Shown here piece by piece: positions 12,616-25,553 of a stretch of 64,000 nucleotides of DNA. The DNA lies in the NCBI GenBank assembly GCA_964016885.1, contig OZ024762.1:9362001-9426000 (forward strand). Reading direction: 5' to 3'. The first letter of the stretch is position 1. Every line of letters begins with the position of its first letter. Source of the DNA: Eledone cirrhosa (taxonomy: Eukaryota). The notes under the pieces are model-generated. The model saw only the letters and a program-made list of their open reading frames with translations. It did not search any database and was not told the origin of the DNA. The position numbers and the translations under genes are program-made.

Positions 12616-12665
12616 TTCCGTTTCTTTTTTTTTTTAAAAAAGAAAGAAAATGTTAGCTATAAGTA
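12616..12665 (+). promoter_or_regulatory. Candidate Pol III upstream promoter: TTCCGTTTCT motif plus TATAAGTA
   Basis: Both motifs are kept with 41-42 nt spacing in paralogs A (12616/12658), B' (40146/40187) and diverged C' (38473/38515). Confidence 0.5.
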
Positions 12666-12683
12666 TGCCTATTTGACTCTGTA

Positions 12684-12853
12684 GAATTGCGGCTTGTGCG
12701 TGGCGCTGCACGTAGCGCTTCTAGCTTCGCTGTCGTACTTCGGTATGGCATGACCACTCGATCGTGTCTGAAGTTCGAATCGTTGCGGGGGTCGGCCGGG
12801 ACCACAGCAGGCTGGCTTTATGCTGGCCTGCTCTCCCACTCGCATGAGTTTTT
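12684..12853 (+). ncRNA. Candidate Pol III structured ncRNA, copy A
   Basis: TATA ~26-31 nt upstream. Hairpins GUGCG/UGCAC (12696-12711), UGUCGUAC-UUCG-GUAUGGCA (12731-12750) and GCAGGCUGGC-UUUAU-GCUGGCCUGC (12807-12831). GTTCGAATC B-box-like at 12773; T5 end. The start position is inferred. Confidence 0.55.
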
Positions 12854-13647
12854 GCCAAACAATTTGACGAGAGTTATCTCCCCTTAATTTGAATTATTTG
12901 CCCTTTGTTTACATTGAACTACTTCCGGTTTGTGGAACTCTTCTTACTTTGTTGTCATTTCTTTTCAGTGTATTGAAGCGGTAACATCATTCTACTTACT
13001 CTGGGACTATTAACGATACCGGTTTGGATTTTACGTTCGTGTAAAGAGGTTTGTAAAGTTTTATTCACACTCACGAATATTATTGAGACACAAAAATACA
13101 TTTCACTATCTTGGAAATATACATACATTTAATTCTTCAATATAAATGCATTCTTGTAGTGTTTTAGTTGCCATGTCTTTTAAATTTATTCTAAACACTC
13201 TTCACAGAACTAAACCTCCTTCCGAGAAACAAAACAAATAATATATACACGCAGCTACCTCTTCTAACTAAACATACATGTTACTTTCCTCTCTATACCT
13301 TATAGCATCGTAATTTCTACGTCGAGTTACCTCGGCATCACCACCTTTACTCCAACTCAGCATTCTCTCTTGCACACATCATATCAACTATATATTTATA
13401 TTATAATCGTATCTCTATTACACCTTCTCTGTATATACTTACTTAGAAGAAAGGTATATCTCCTCATTATACACAGTATCCGGAGCTATATAAGAAACTG
13501 TAGTATATAGAATACAGTATCGTATATATGCAGCATCTACATACACAAGGCAAAGTTAAAACACTCTTCTCTACTACTTTTCCCGAGGATACTTACATAA
13601 AACTCTGGATATTTTATCAAGGCATCTATTTTTTGTATGTAGAAGAC

Positions 13648-16610
13648 ATTATAATAATAATGAAATTATTGTGTAAAGTGCTCAGGTGCACTACAACTCG
13701 TCAATATAGTACATAGAATAATACACAAATGTCAGGGAAGTACATGTGTGTATGTGTTAGCTGTAGTGTTGGCGGATCTCGGGAAGCATGGAGGCCTTAA
13801 AGGATGCAGTGTCTCGACAGCTAACAACTGATGCAGGTAGTTTGTTCCATGCTTCAGCAACTCTGAGCGTGAAAAAATGTTTCCGAAAGTCATGGGAACT
13901 GTGCTGTTTTCTGACTTTGTGGGCATGTCCACGTGTGTTAGACACATGGAAATCAAAAAGGTACTCAGGGTTGTTGTTGGCAACATGGTTAACAATTTTG
14001 TGGGGGTTTACCAAGTCAGTTGCCAGGCGTCGGAGCTTCAATGAATCCATGCCCAGGGAAGCAAGGCGCTCAGAGTATGGTAGATGCCTGATGGAGGGTA
14101 TTCGCTTGGTTGCACGTCTCTGAACAGTTTCCAGGCGGTCAATGTCCTGAGCAAGATAGGGGTTCCAGACTGGTGATGCAAATTCTAAGTGTGGTCGTAC
14201 CATAGCCTGTATACAGCCTTAAATAGATATCTGGAGAGCGGCTGACAAAGGTCTTGCTGAGTGATGCTAAGACACCCTCGGCCCTCTTGACAACTTTAGA
14301 GACGTGCCTCGTCCAACGCAAATCGCTGCTGACCGTAATGCCCAGGTCACGTTCACAGGAAGACTTCTTGATATTAGTGCTGTGGAGGGAGTATGTGGAC
14401 GCTGGGTTTTTACTCCCAAAATGCATGGTGGTGCACTTGTCCGCAGCTAGCTTGAGTTGCCAGTCTGAGATCCATTGTTGTATTGTGTCCAGGTCAGACT
14501 GCAAGCAAGATCTATAGTGTTCAGGATCTGTCCTTTTTATCTCAAGGTACAGCTTGATGTCGTCTGCGTACTTTAGTACTGTGGCATTCCTTAAGTTGGC
14601 ATCTATGTCATTAATATATGCCACAATCAAAAGGGGGCCAAGAACAGATCCCTGTGGTACACCAGATGACATCTCATATGATGAGGAATGCTGTCCCAGA
14701 ACCGCGACTACCTCTCTTCGACTGAGAATGAAGGACTTCAACCAGTTAAAAAGATCATCCTTCACACCCATTGCAAAGAGTTTTGCCATAAGCCTTTTGT
14801 GTGGCACAGAATTGAAGGCCTTCGCAAAGTCAAGGTAAACAACATCCACCCATGAGCCGCCATCAGTGATCCGGGTGATGTCCTCAAGAAACTCTATAAG
14901 TTGATCACAGCAGCTGGAGTTGGGGATAAATCCAAATTGCAAGGGCCGGATAAGACTGTGAGAGCTCCAGAAGTTCCAAAGTGTTTCTCTGACACAGGAT
15001 TCCATCAGTTTGGCGATGCAACTAGTAAGACTGACTGGACGATAGTTTACAGGTGATGTGCGGTCACCCTTTTTGAACAGAGGAATGACACTGGCAGTTT
15101 TCCACTGTTCTGGAGTAGCACCGTTGTTCAGACAGAATTGGAAGAAGCGTGATAACTGGTGTAGAAGGAAGTACCCACCACGTTTAAGAAGCAGGTACGT
15201 AACACCATCAAGACCAGGAGAGGCATGGTTGCGTTGATTTTTTAGGTGACGTCGCAGCATTGCAGGTGTAAATTCCATGGTTGTAATAGAGTCCGGTGTC
15301 ATAGGTGGTGGAGATGGTACACTCTGGTCTTCAATAGTGAAAATGCCTGAATAGCATTCAGCAATGAGCTCTGCGCATGGCTTGTGTGGGGATTGCGAAG
15401 AGGACCAACTGGAGAGTGAGGCCTCTGCTTTAAGTGAACATACTTCCAGAACACCTTACTGTCAGGGCTGGTTGCTATGCGCTGCTCAAATTGAAGCACT
15501 GCCTTTTTTGTCACCTGTTTGAGGTGGTTGGACGATCTATTTTGCCTCTTCCTATTAATGTCTGATTTGTGAAGTTTGTACTCACGTTCAGCATTGCGCC
15601 GTTCTTTTCTGGCAAGACAGACTGCTGCAGTCTCCCAAATTGCGCTTTTGGGATGTTTTTTCCGCTTACGTGGCACCGATGCTGCTCAGGATGTTCTGGA
15701 GTACAGTGTTGACATCTCCAGAGTCGTAGAACTCAAGCCAGTTTGGCCGTTGCAACTCGGTGCAGTAACAGTTCCAGTCTGCTTTATTCCAGTCAAAGTG
15801 AGCACTTTGGAGATGGTTGTGGTTCTTGTCACTGCCCATGAGGGATAGATTGGCAATGATCATAGCATGATCAGAGTCACCTAAAGGTTCCTCAGCAGTA
15901 ACACTAATGGCCGTTTCAGGAGTAGTGGTGAAGAGTAGGTCCAAAGTGTTGTCACCTCTCGTTGGGGAGGTGACCACCTGGGACCAACTCGAGTCCAGCA
16001 CCAGCTCAAGGAAGTCATTTGCACTTGGCGGCCAACGAAAGGTTTCCCAGTCAATCTCAGGCTGATTGAAGTCACCTGCAATGAAAACATAAGTGGCTGT
16101 CTTCCTGGCAGCAGCTCTGAGGATATCACAAAGTTGAGTGTCCTGATGGTAATTTGGGGGACGGTAAACGACTCCAAGTAGCAGTGTTGACATGGTCATA
16201 CGGATATCGCAGAAAAAAACTTCCTGCTGTGATTGGTTCAAATCAGCACAAGGAATTGCCGACAGATTTGACCGAACGTGTTTTCAGACCAGCTGGTGTC
16301 TCTTTTCCATGATTCGCCAGCCTTAACAAACTTCCATATCTGCCCAACATCTCGTAGGCTGAAGCTTTCATGTTCTGCCGAGCTGCGGTTTAGGGAAGCT
16401 GCAGCACGCAACTTTGGGCGGACATCAGGTGGAAGACCAGGGCGTGTTCGGAAAGCAATCCGACTTTCACGCCTAGCTTTATCAGAGGCTACAAGGTATG
16501 AACGTGCCTCAGTTGAGTTTGAAAACGACAGTCTAATTAACCTGGGTTTCGGGCCTGGTCGGCCAAGGCGTAGAGCACCCTTTGCGGGAGCACAGCACTA
16601 TCCTTCTCAA
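13648..16610 (-). mobile_element. CR1-clade LINE, 5'-truncated and frameshifted (ORF1 tail, EN, RT, 3'UTR, (ATT)n tail)
   Basis: EN motifs GVVYRPP, AGDFNQP, TLDLLF, LGDSDH. RT motifs NYRPVSLTS, YLDFAKAFNSV, GVPQGSVLGP, YADD. CR1 C-terminal VRPHLEFASPVWNPY, VQRRATK, TRGH. Split into four ORFs. Confidence 0.93.
14139..15302 (-). pseudogene. Reverse transcriptase domain of the CR1 LINE (frameshifted at both ends)
   Basis: 387 aa ORF with the full RT motif set. Confidence 0.9.
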
Positions 16611-17964
16611 TAGAGGAAAAAAACTCCCCATACATACAGTTTTTTATAGAATACACTGCCTTGTTATATAAATATTGTACACATGTGTGTATATAATACA
16701 CTTCTATATATATATAGAAACTTACTACTAGTTATTGTGTGTACGCAGCAAAGAATCTACTTTTTGTATGTAGAGACTCCTCTGTAACATCTAGAAGGCT
16801 TATATTTACTATCCTTCTCTATAATTAAAAAAACCCATATATACAGTAATGCCTTATCTAGAGGCATATAAGAAACTGTATTTCACATCCCTATACCCAC
16901 TCTCCTAAGAAACTAAACTGTTCATGATAAAGAGTTTTAATTTCTGCCTCTAAAAAAGTATTGGTGTTAGAGCTGTGTAATCTGGATTGTTTTTATCAAT
17001 ACCCTCTGCTTCTTTCCAGGTATGTTGAAGATCTCCGCCAGCTCAACTCAGTGTGTAAATACACACAGTCGTCTCAAGAAATAAAATAACTCCAACAACA
17101 AAATGTAGTTTATTTATTGATCTTTATTTCACATTTTTGTTTCTTATATATATACACAGGTAGTATCTTACATGTAGATCGTTTAACTTTCATTCATATT
17201 AAATATATAGGAATTAACAGCTGTGTATATATAACTAGTGGATTGTTAAACACATGCCTAGAGATAAAAAGGTATTAACATGCGAGAGAATTCAATTATT
17301 ATGTAATTAGTGAGAAACATCCTTCTTGAAAGAAGTGTATATATAGAATAGATTAATTAATGTGTATGTACACTATAGAATCCCAGTAAGAAACATCCTT
17401 CTTACTGAAAGAAGTAAGTGTGGTGCTATAGAAAAGTTTCTTTGAGAATGGAAACTGTATGTATATATATATATAATACAGTTATCCTACCAAGTTTATT
17501 TCTTTCTGTGTATATAGGTATTCTGTAAGAGGTTATAATATCTATATATACAGGGTTATGTGGATATTCTATATCTCTCTCATACTTACCAGTAGGTATA
17601 TGGGTATTAATAAAGAAGATTCATATTATAAACATTTATAATGTGTATATATACAGTATTCTAGTAAGTTTATTTCCTTCTGTATATAGAATAAATTTGT
17701 ATTCTATATCTCTCCCAGTATGTATATAGGAATAGAAGTATGAATTCAGTTCGAAACATCTTTCATGAAAGTAATGTATATAATGCGGGTATTATAGTGA
17801 GGCCATTTCTTTCTGTCTGTATACATATGCCTAGAGATAGAAGGGTGTTAATATGTATGGATTCTATAGAAGTAAGTGTATATATACACATGGTTTTAAG
17901 GTAATAGTATCCTATAGAATACACATACTTATCTCTATCTAGAAAAAAAAGTTCAACTCCTTAG

Positions 17965-20900
17965 CTATATATATGTATGTATATATATATACATATGTAT
18001 ATATATACAGACATATGTATGTATATATATAGACATACATATGTCTATATATATACATATGTATGTATATATACATACATATGTATACATACGTATGTAT
18101 ATATACAAGTAAGTATATACATACATATGTATATATACATGTGTATGTATATATACATACATACGTATGTGTATATACATACGTATGTATGTATATATAC
18201 ATACGTATGTATATATACATATGTATTTATACATACATATGTATGTATACATACATATGTATGTATAAATACATATTTATGTATAAATACATATGTATAT
18301 ATACATACATATGTATGTATACATACATACGTATATATACAGGTATGTATGTATATACGTACGTATGTATATATACATACGTATGTATGTATATATACGT
18401 ATGTATGTATATACATACGTATGTATACATACATACATATGTATACATACATACATACGTATGTATATACACATACGTATGTGTATATACATAAGTATGT
18501 ATGTATACATACATACATACGTATATATACATATGTATGTATACATACATACGTATGTATGCATGCTTATGTATGTATATATATATACGTATGTATACAT
18601 ACATACATACGTATGTATATATACATACATACGTATGTATATATACATACGTATGTATACATATATACATACATACATACGTATATATACATATGTATGT
18701 ATACATACATACATATGTATGTATGTATGTATACATACGTACATATATACGTATGTATACATACATACGTATATATGTATACATACGTATGTATATACAT
18801 ACGTTTGTATGTATACATACATACGTATATATATACGTATGTATGTATATATACGTATGTATATATACATACGTATGTATATATACATACGTATGTATGT
18901 GTACATACATACGTATGTATATACATACGTATGTATACATACATACATATGTATGTATACATACGTATGTATATATACGTACGTATGTATGCATACATGT
19001 ATGTATGTATATATACATACATACGTATGTATATATACATACGTATGTATGTATGTATACATACGTACGTATATGTACATACATACGTATGTATGTATAC
19101 ACACATACGTATATATGCATACATACGTATATATGCATACATACGTATGTATATACACATACGTATGTATGTGTACATACATACGTATGTATGTATATAT
19201 ACATACGTACGTATGTATATATACATACGTATGTATGTATATATACGTATGTATACATACATACGTATGTATGTACACATACATACGTATGTATATATAC
19301 ATACGTATGTGTATATACATACGTATGTATGCATATATACGTATGTGTGTATACATACATACGTATGTATATATACATACATACGTATGTATGTATACAT
19401 ACTTACGTATGTATATACACATACGTATGTATGCATACATACGTATGTATATATACATACATATGTATGTATACATACATACGTATGTATGTATACATAC
19501 GTAAGTATGTATACATATGTGTATATACATACGTATGTATGTATACATACATGTGTATGTATATACACATACGTATGTATGTGTATATATGTATTTATAC
19601 ATACGTATGTATGTGTACATACATACGTATGTATGTTTACATACGTATGTGTATATACATACATACGTATGTGTATATACATACATACGTATGTATGTAT
19701 ACATACTTACATATGTATACATACATACGTATGTGTATATACATACGTATGTATGCATATATATGTATGTATACATACGTATGTGTATATACATACGTAT
19801 GTATGTATACATACATAAGTATGTTTACATACATACGTATGTGTATATACGTATGTATATACACATACGTATGTATACATACATACGTATGTATACATAC
19901 ATACATACGTATGTATGTATACATACGTATGTATGTATATATACATACGTATGTATATATACATACATATGTATGTATATATACATACGTATGTATGTAT
20001 GTATACATACGTATGTATGTATACATACGTATGTGTATATACATACGTATATACACATACGTATGTATACATATGTATGTATACATACGTATGTGTATAT
20101 ACATTCGTATGTATGTATACATACATACGTATGTATATATACATACATACGTATGTGTATATACATACATACGTATGTGTATATACATACGTATGTATAC
20201 ATACATACGTATGTATATACACATACATACTATGTATGTATGTATATATACATACATACGTATGTATATATACATACATATGTATGTATGTATGTATATA
20301 TACATACGTATGTATGTGTATATATACATACGTATGTATGTGTATATACATACGTATGTATGTATACATACGTATGTATATATACATACATATGTATGTA
20401 TACATACATACGTATGTATATATACATACATATGTATATATACATACATATGTATGTATACATACATATGTATGTATACATACATATGTATGTATACATA
20501 CATACGTATGTATATATACATACATACTATGTATGTATGTATACATACATACGTATGTATATATACATACATATGTATGTATGTATATATACATACGTAT
20601 GTATGTATACATACGTATGTATGTATACATACGTAAGTATGTATACATACATACGTATGTGTATATACATACATACGTATGTGTATATACATACGTATGT
20701 ATACATACATACGTATGTGTATATACATACATACGTATGTATATACACATACGTATGTATGTATACATACGTATGTATATACACATACGTATGTATGTAT
20801 ATACACATACGTATGTATGTATACATACTTACGTATGTATATATACATACATATGTATATATACATACGTATGTATGTATATATACATACATATGTGTAT

Positions 20901-21828
20901 ATACATACGTAAGTATGTATATATACATACATACGTATGTGTATATATACATACATACGTATGTGTATATACATACGTATGTATGTATATATAGATATGT
21001 ATGTATACATACATACGTATGTATATATATATACATATGTATGTATACATACGTATGTATATATACATACATATGTATATATACATACATATGTATATAT
21101 ATATACATACATATGTATGTATACATACGTATGTATATATACATACATATGTATATATACATACATACGTATGTATATACACACACGTATGTATACATAA
21201 GTATGTATATACATACGTATGTATACATACATATGCATGTATGTATACATACATACGTATGTATATACAGATACGTACGTATACATACATACGTATGTAT
21301 ACATACGTACGTATATATATACGTATGTATATATATACATACGTATGTATACATACATACGTATGTATATATACATACATACGTATGTATATATATACAC
21401 ACGTATGTGTATATACATACGTATGTATATATACATACGTATGTATATATATACATACGTATGTATGTATATGTATGCATATATACGTATGTATATATGC
21501 ATATATACGTATGTATATATACATACGTATGTATATAGACATACGTATGTATGTCTATATACATACGTATGTATGTATATGTACAGACATACGTATGTAT
21601 ACATACACATGTATGTATGTATGTATACATACGTACGTATGTATATATATACACATACGTATGTATGTATACACATACGTATATATAGATATGTATGTAT
21701 GTATATACATACATATGTATGGATATATATATGTATGTATATATACATACATATGTATATATATATATACATATTTATGTATATATATATACATATGTAT
21801 GTATATATACAGATGTATATACATACAT
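17965..21828. repeat. ~3.9 kb compound alternating purine/pyrimidine microsatellite built on palindromic ATACATACGTATGTAT
   Basis: Directly visible; source of all the Y/I/H/T/V/C/M-rich ORFs. Confidence 0.97.
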
Positions 21829-23711
21829 CTTTAATTCCTTAGCTATATTTATATAATACAGTAGTCTAGAGATATAAGGGTATTAATATGTATGTAGGTT
21901 GTCTTTATATCTGTGTAGTGTAACTTCTAAATTTACAATGAAGATATGCTTTATATACACAAAAGTGTTTATATGAAGTATGCCTGTCTAGAGGAGAACA
22001 GGGTATTGATGTATCCTTTAAAGAAAAGGGTAACTGCGTACATATGGTTCTACATACTGTACTCTATTGAACACAACTTCAATATATAATGGAGGTACTT
22101 CTTCCAATATAGAGAAGAAGGTATATTATAGACATGAAGTAAGCTTTGTGTGTCATATTGAATACAGTTTTTCTATATATGTGTGTATGTGAAGAACACT
22201 AAATTTCTTTGTATTTATACAGTTAGCTCTCTTGCTTCTTAGGAAGCATGTACACGTTCTACTATGAGATGCTTATACACAACTAGAAGAACAATCGTAG
22301 TAGTTTCCTAAGAGACGTATGTGTAGTATCTAGCGAGGATGTATTGATATGTATGTACAGATCAAAACCTCTTATCTTATATATGTATGATGTTCACTTC
22401 CAGGTTTCTACATACACGTGTATAATATAAAGAGACACACACAATGTGGGTTTAGATATATTCTATAGAATACAGTTTCTTATATACAGACATGTCTACA
22501 TTGATGTTATTTACCTGTATATAGAGATGGCTTGTTTCTAATAGGTGTGTATCTAGGAAATAATTTATATAATATGAATCTAGTATACAGTGACAGAAGG
22601 TTTTTGTCTTCCTACAGTGTAAGAGGTGTCTAGTGTGTGTATATATACAGGGAGTAAATAATAAGGGAACAAAGGAAAATACTGGTTTATTCTTTTATTT
22701 CACAATTTATTTACCTTTCTTCTTGAGATAGGGTTGTAGTAGTCTCCAGGTCTGGTGCTGTTCCTTAGGAATATAAAATAGGTTAGTTGTGTATATATAA
22801 AGGTTTAGTTTTGTATCTAGTGAAAAACGTTTATATATGGATGATGTAGCTATCAAGCAGGTGAGGATGCTAGAAGTAGTAGTGAGTCGTCTTACGGCAG
22901 AGTAATGGAGCTACCATGCTTCGTTAGATATAAGATATAACTATGGTTTAGCTTCTATATTCATATGTCTAGAGAAGGTTTAGTTTCATGTCTATTATTC
23001 CAGTATGAACAAGTTTGTATATTGCGCCTCATAAGTATCTGTTATGATAGAAGGGAGACCGTTTATACATGAATATAGCTTCATGTGTACGTATGTCCCC
23101 AGGATTCTTCCTCTACATGGTTTAGAATAAATTTACGGCAAATACATAAATATGCCTGAAGTGTTTGTGAACTTACGTGAAAAAGTGTCTTCTTGTATAT
23201 AGAATATCTGTGTGTGTATTCAGGTATAAGGTTTATATAGAAGATAAAATGTGTATAGAGAGGAAGCTTGGTTATATTTCCTTACAAGTATGTATATAGT
23301 ATCGAGAGAAGATTTAGTTGTAACATGTTAGAAGAGGTGTGTATATATACAGATCATGGTTAGTTTTGTTTCATAATAGAGGAGGGTAACATGTATGTTT
23401 AGTTAGAAGAGGTAGCTGCGTGTATATATTTAGTTTTGTTTCTTTAAAAGACATGGCAACTTACTTTTGTGTCTCAACAATGTTTGTGTATATACGGCAA
23501 ATAAAACTTTACAAACCTCTTTACTCGAACGTAAAATCCAAACCGGTATCGTTAATAGTCCCAGAGTAAGTAGAATGATGTTACCGCTTCAATACACTGA
23601 AAAGAAATGACAACAAAGTAAGAAGAGTTCCACAAACCGGAAGTAGTTCAATGTAAACAAAGGGCAAATAATTCAAATTAAGGGGAGATAACTCTCGTCA
23701 AATTGTTTGGC

Positions 23712-23881
23712 AAAAACTCATGCGAGTGGGAGAGCAGGCCAGCATAAAGCCAGCCTGCTGTGGTCCCGGCCGACCCCCGCAACGATTCGAACTTCAGACA
23801 CGATCGAGTGGTCATGCCATACCGAAGTACGACAGCGAAGCCAGAAACGCTACGTGCAGCGCCACGCACAAGCCGCAATTC
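23712..23881 (-). ncRNA. Candidate Pol III ncRNA, copy B
   Basis: Nearly identical to copy A, in inverted orientation. Confidence 0.55.
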
Positions 23882-25090
23882 TACCGAGTCAAATAGGCAT
23901 ACTTATAGCTAACATTTTCCTTCTTTTTTAAAAAAAAAAGAAACGGAAAGAAAGCAAGATAACACGACCTATTCCGAGTGTTATCTCGTTTTCTTTCCGT
24001 TTCTCTTTCTATATAAATATAACGGGATATATAGCCATTAAGGAACTGCTAGTGTTTTGTACATATATAGGGATCCAATAGTTTGACCGTTTTCGCCAAC
24101 TTCAAATTCTACGTAAATAAGGTTCGCATTTTTGCCCACTTCTCAGACATAAGATAGGGAGGAGGGTCACCTTATATTCGAGTATTTTGTACATCTATTC
24201 TTGTTAGACTAGACCGGCATCATCATGGGTAGAGCCGACCAGGTGCTACTGCGTTGAACGAGACTAAGGCTGTGATGGTCCTCAGGGCACTGCTGTCAAT
24301 CGTCTTTGTGAGGGGCCACGTTTCTGCTCCATAGAGGAGAACACTGATGCATCTTTTCAGAACAATTAATATGTAGGTAACATAGCCTTAGAGAGATCTG
24401 TATTTGTAATAGTTAGTATCGATTTGGGTAATCTTAAGACCATGATTCCAATCATCAATATATGTATTGATTAAACCTAAATATAGTATATGAAGAAGTG
24501 GATTTTAAAATATGCAATGATAGTGTCGAGAGAAGGCTTAGTTAGTTACTTCTAACAATGTACCACTATGAATAAGACAGAAGGCGGTGTATGTAGATAG
24601 AATGTTTAGTTTTCCTGAGTATGAAGGGGTTTTAGTTATTATTCTTAGTAAAAAGACGGTTATATTATACATATACGTCTCTAACATTCCTCCTGTATAT
24701 GAAGGGTAGTGAAATATATTCTTGTGTCTCAGGAATAACTACGTGTTTATCGATGAATTTAAGGGACAACTGAAACATTACATACCTCTTTAGAAGAATG
24801 AAGGTGTATATATAAATGTAGCTTTATATGTGTATATTGATCTAGATAGTGTATGGATTATAGAGGTGAATGCATACACTAAAGAATGTTAATATATATC
24901 TAAGACTGTATTTTCGAGTGTTTAGCAATGAATTAAAATATACATGGCAAATAAAGCGTTCGTATAGGTAAATTAGAGGGTATTTTACCTCAGCTAAAGA
25001 ACATTTATATATATATAAATCTAGTTTTGTGTGTGTATTTAGGTTTAAATAAAACAATATGTACGTCTCTAGAATCTTTCTGTATATAGA

Positions 25091-25179
25091 ATAATTGTTT
25101 CTACTTTTGGCACAAGGCCAGCAATTATCCAGTGCATTACTGGTACTTTATTTTATCGACCGCATAAGGATGAAAGGCA
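25091..25179 (-). mobile_element. Partial SINE (mirror 38915-39003 plus)
   Basis: SINE 3' core. Confidence 0.8.
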
Positions 25180-25395
25180 TATAGAATAATGTATGTCTGT
25201 GAGTGTATATACGGCAAATAAAACATTACATACCTCTCACCATTAGTATAATATCCAGACTGATTCTATCAAATTACACGAGTAAATCCAAACGATGTTA
25301 ACAGTTTAATTCAATAAAGAAGAATGACAACAAACGAGAATAGTTCCAATCAGGGGCAAGTAATTCAAACGATAACTCTCGGCGAATTTTTTAGT

Positions 25396-25553
25396 AAAAA
25401 ATCAATGCGAGGCGGGGACGCAGGCCAGCATAAAGCCGGGCTGCTGCCGCCGCAACGATTCGATCTTCAGACACATAGAATGGTCATGCCATACCGAAGT
25501 ACAAGAGCGAAGCCCGAAACGTTACGTGCAGCGCCATGCACAGAGCGCAACTC
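25396..25553 (-). ncRNA. Candidate Pol III ncRNA, diverged copy C
   Basis: Keeps the TATA, GUGCA/UGCAC hairpin, guacUUCGguau, GGCUUUAUGCUGGCCUGC hairpin and T6; lacks most of the GGUC/GACC hairpin. Confidence 0.5.

Noticed and set aside
12684-12853. Short resemblances to 5.8S rRNA (cggcttgtgcgt), the SRP Alu domain (gtggcgc..gtag), the 7SK 3' stem (ggcgctgcacgtagc) and the vault 5' end (ggctggcttta)
   Set aside because: Each is only about 11-15 nt, mostly in the wrong position, and lacks the rest of the family's diagnostic motifs.
12687-12887. 66-aa ORF MRLVRGAARS... repeated four times
   Set aside because: TTG start, and the frame is not kept in the diverged paralog C; RNA structure and Pol III signals explain the conservation better.
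14139-15302. Possible active or domesticated reverse transcriptase
   Set aside because: Three frame breaks and a 5' truncation are shared by both arm copies; ordinary decayed CR1.
17939-21842. Long ORFs up to 711 aa (and up to 1047 aa in the mirror at 42252-45975)
   Set aside because: Alternating purine/pyrimidine sequence cannot form TAA/TAG/TGA, so all frames stay open; low-complexity artefact.
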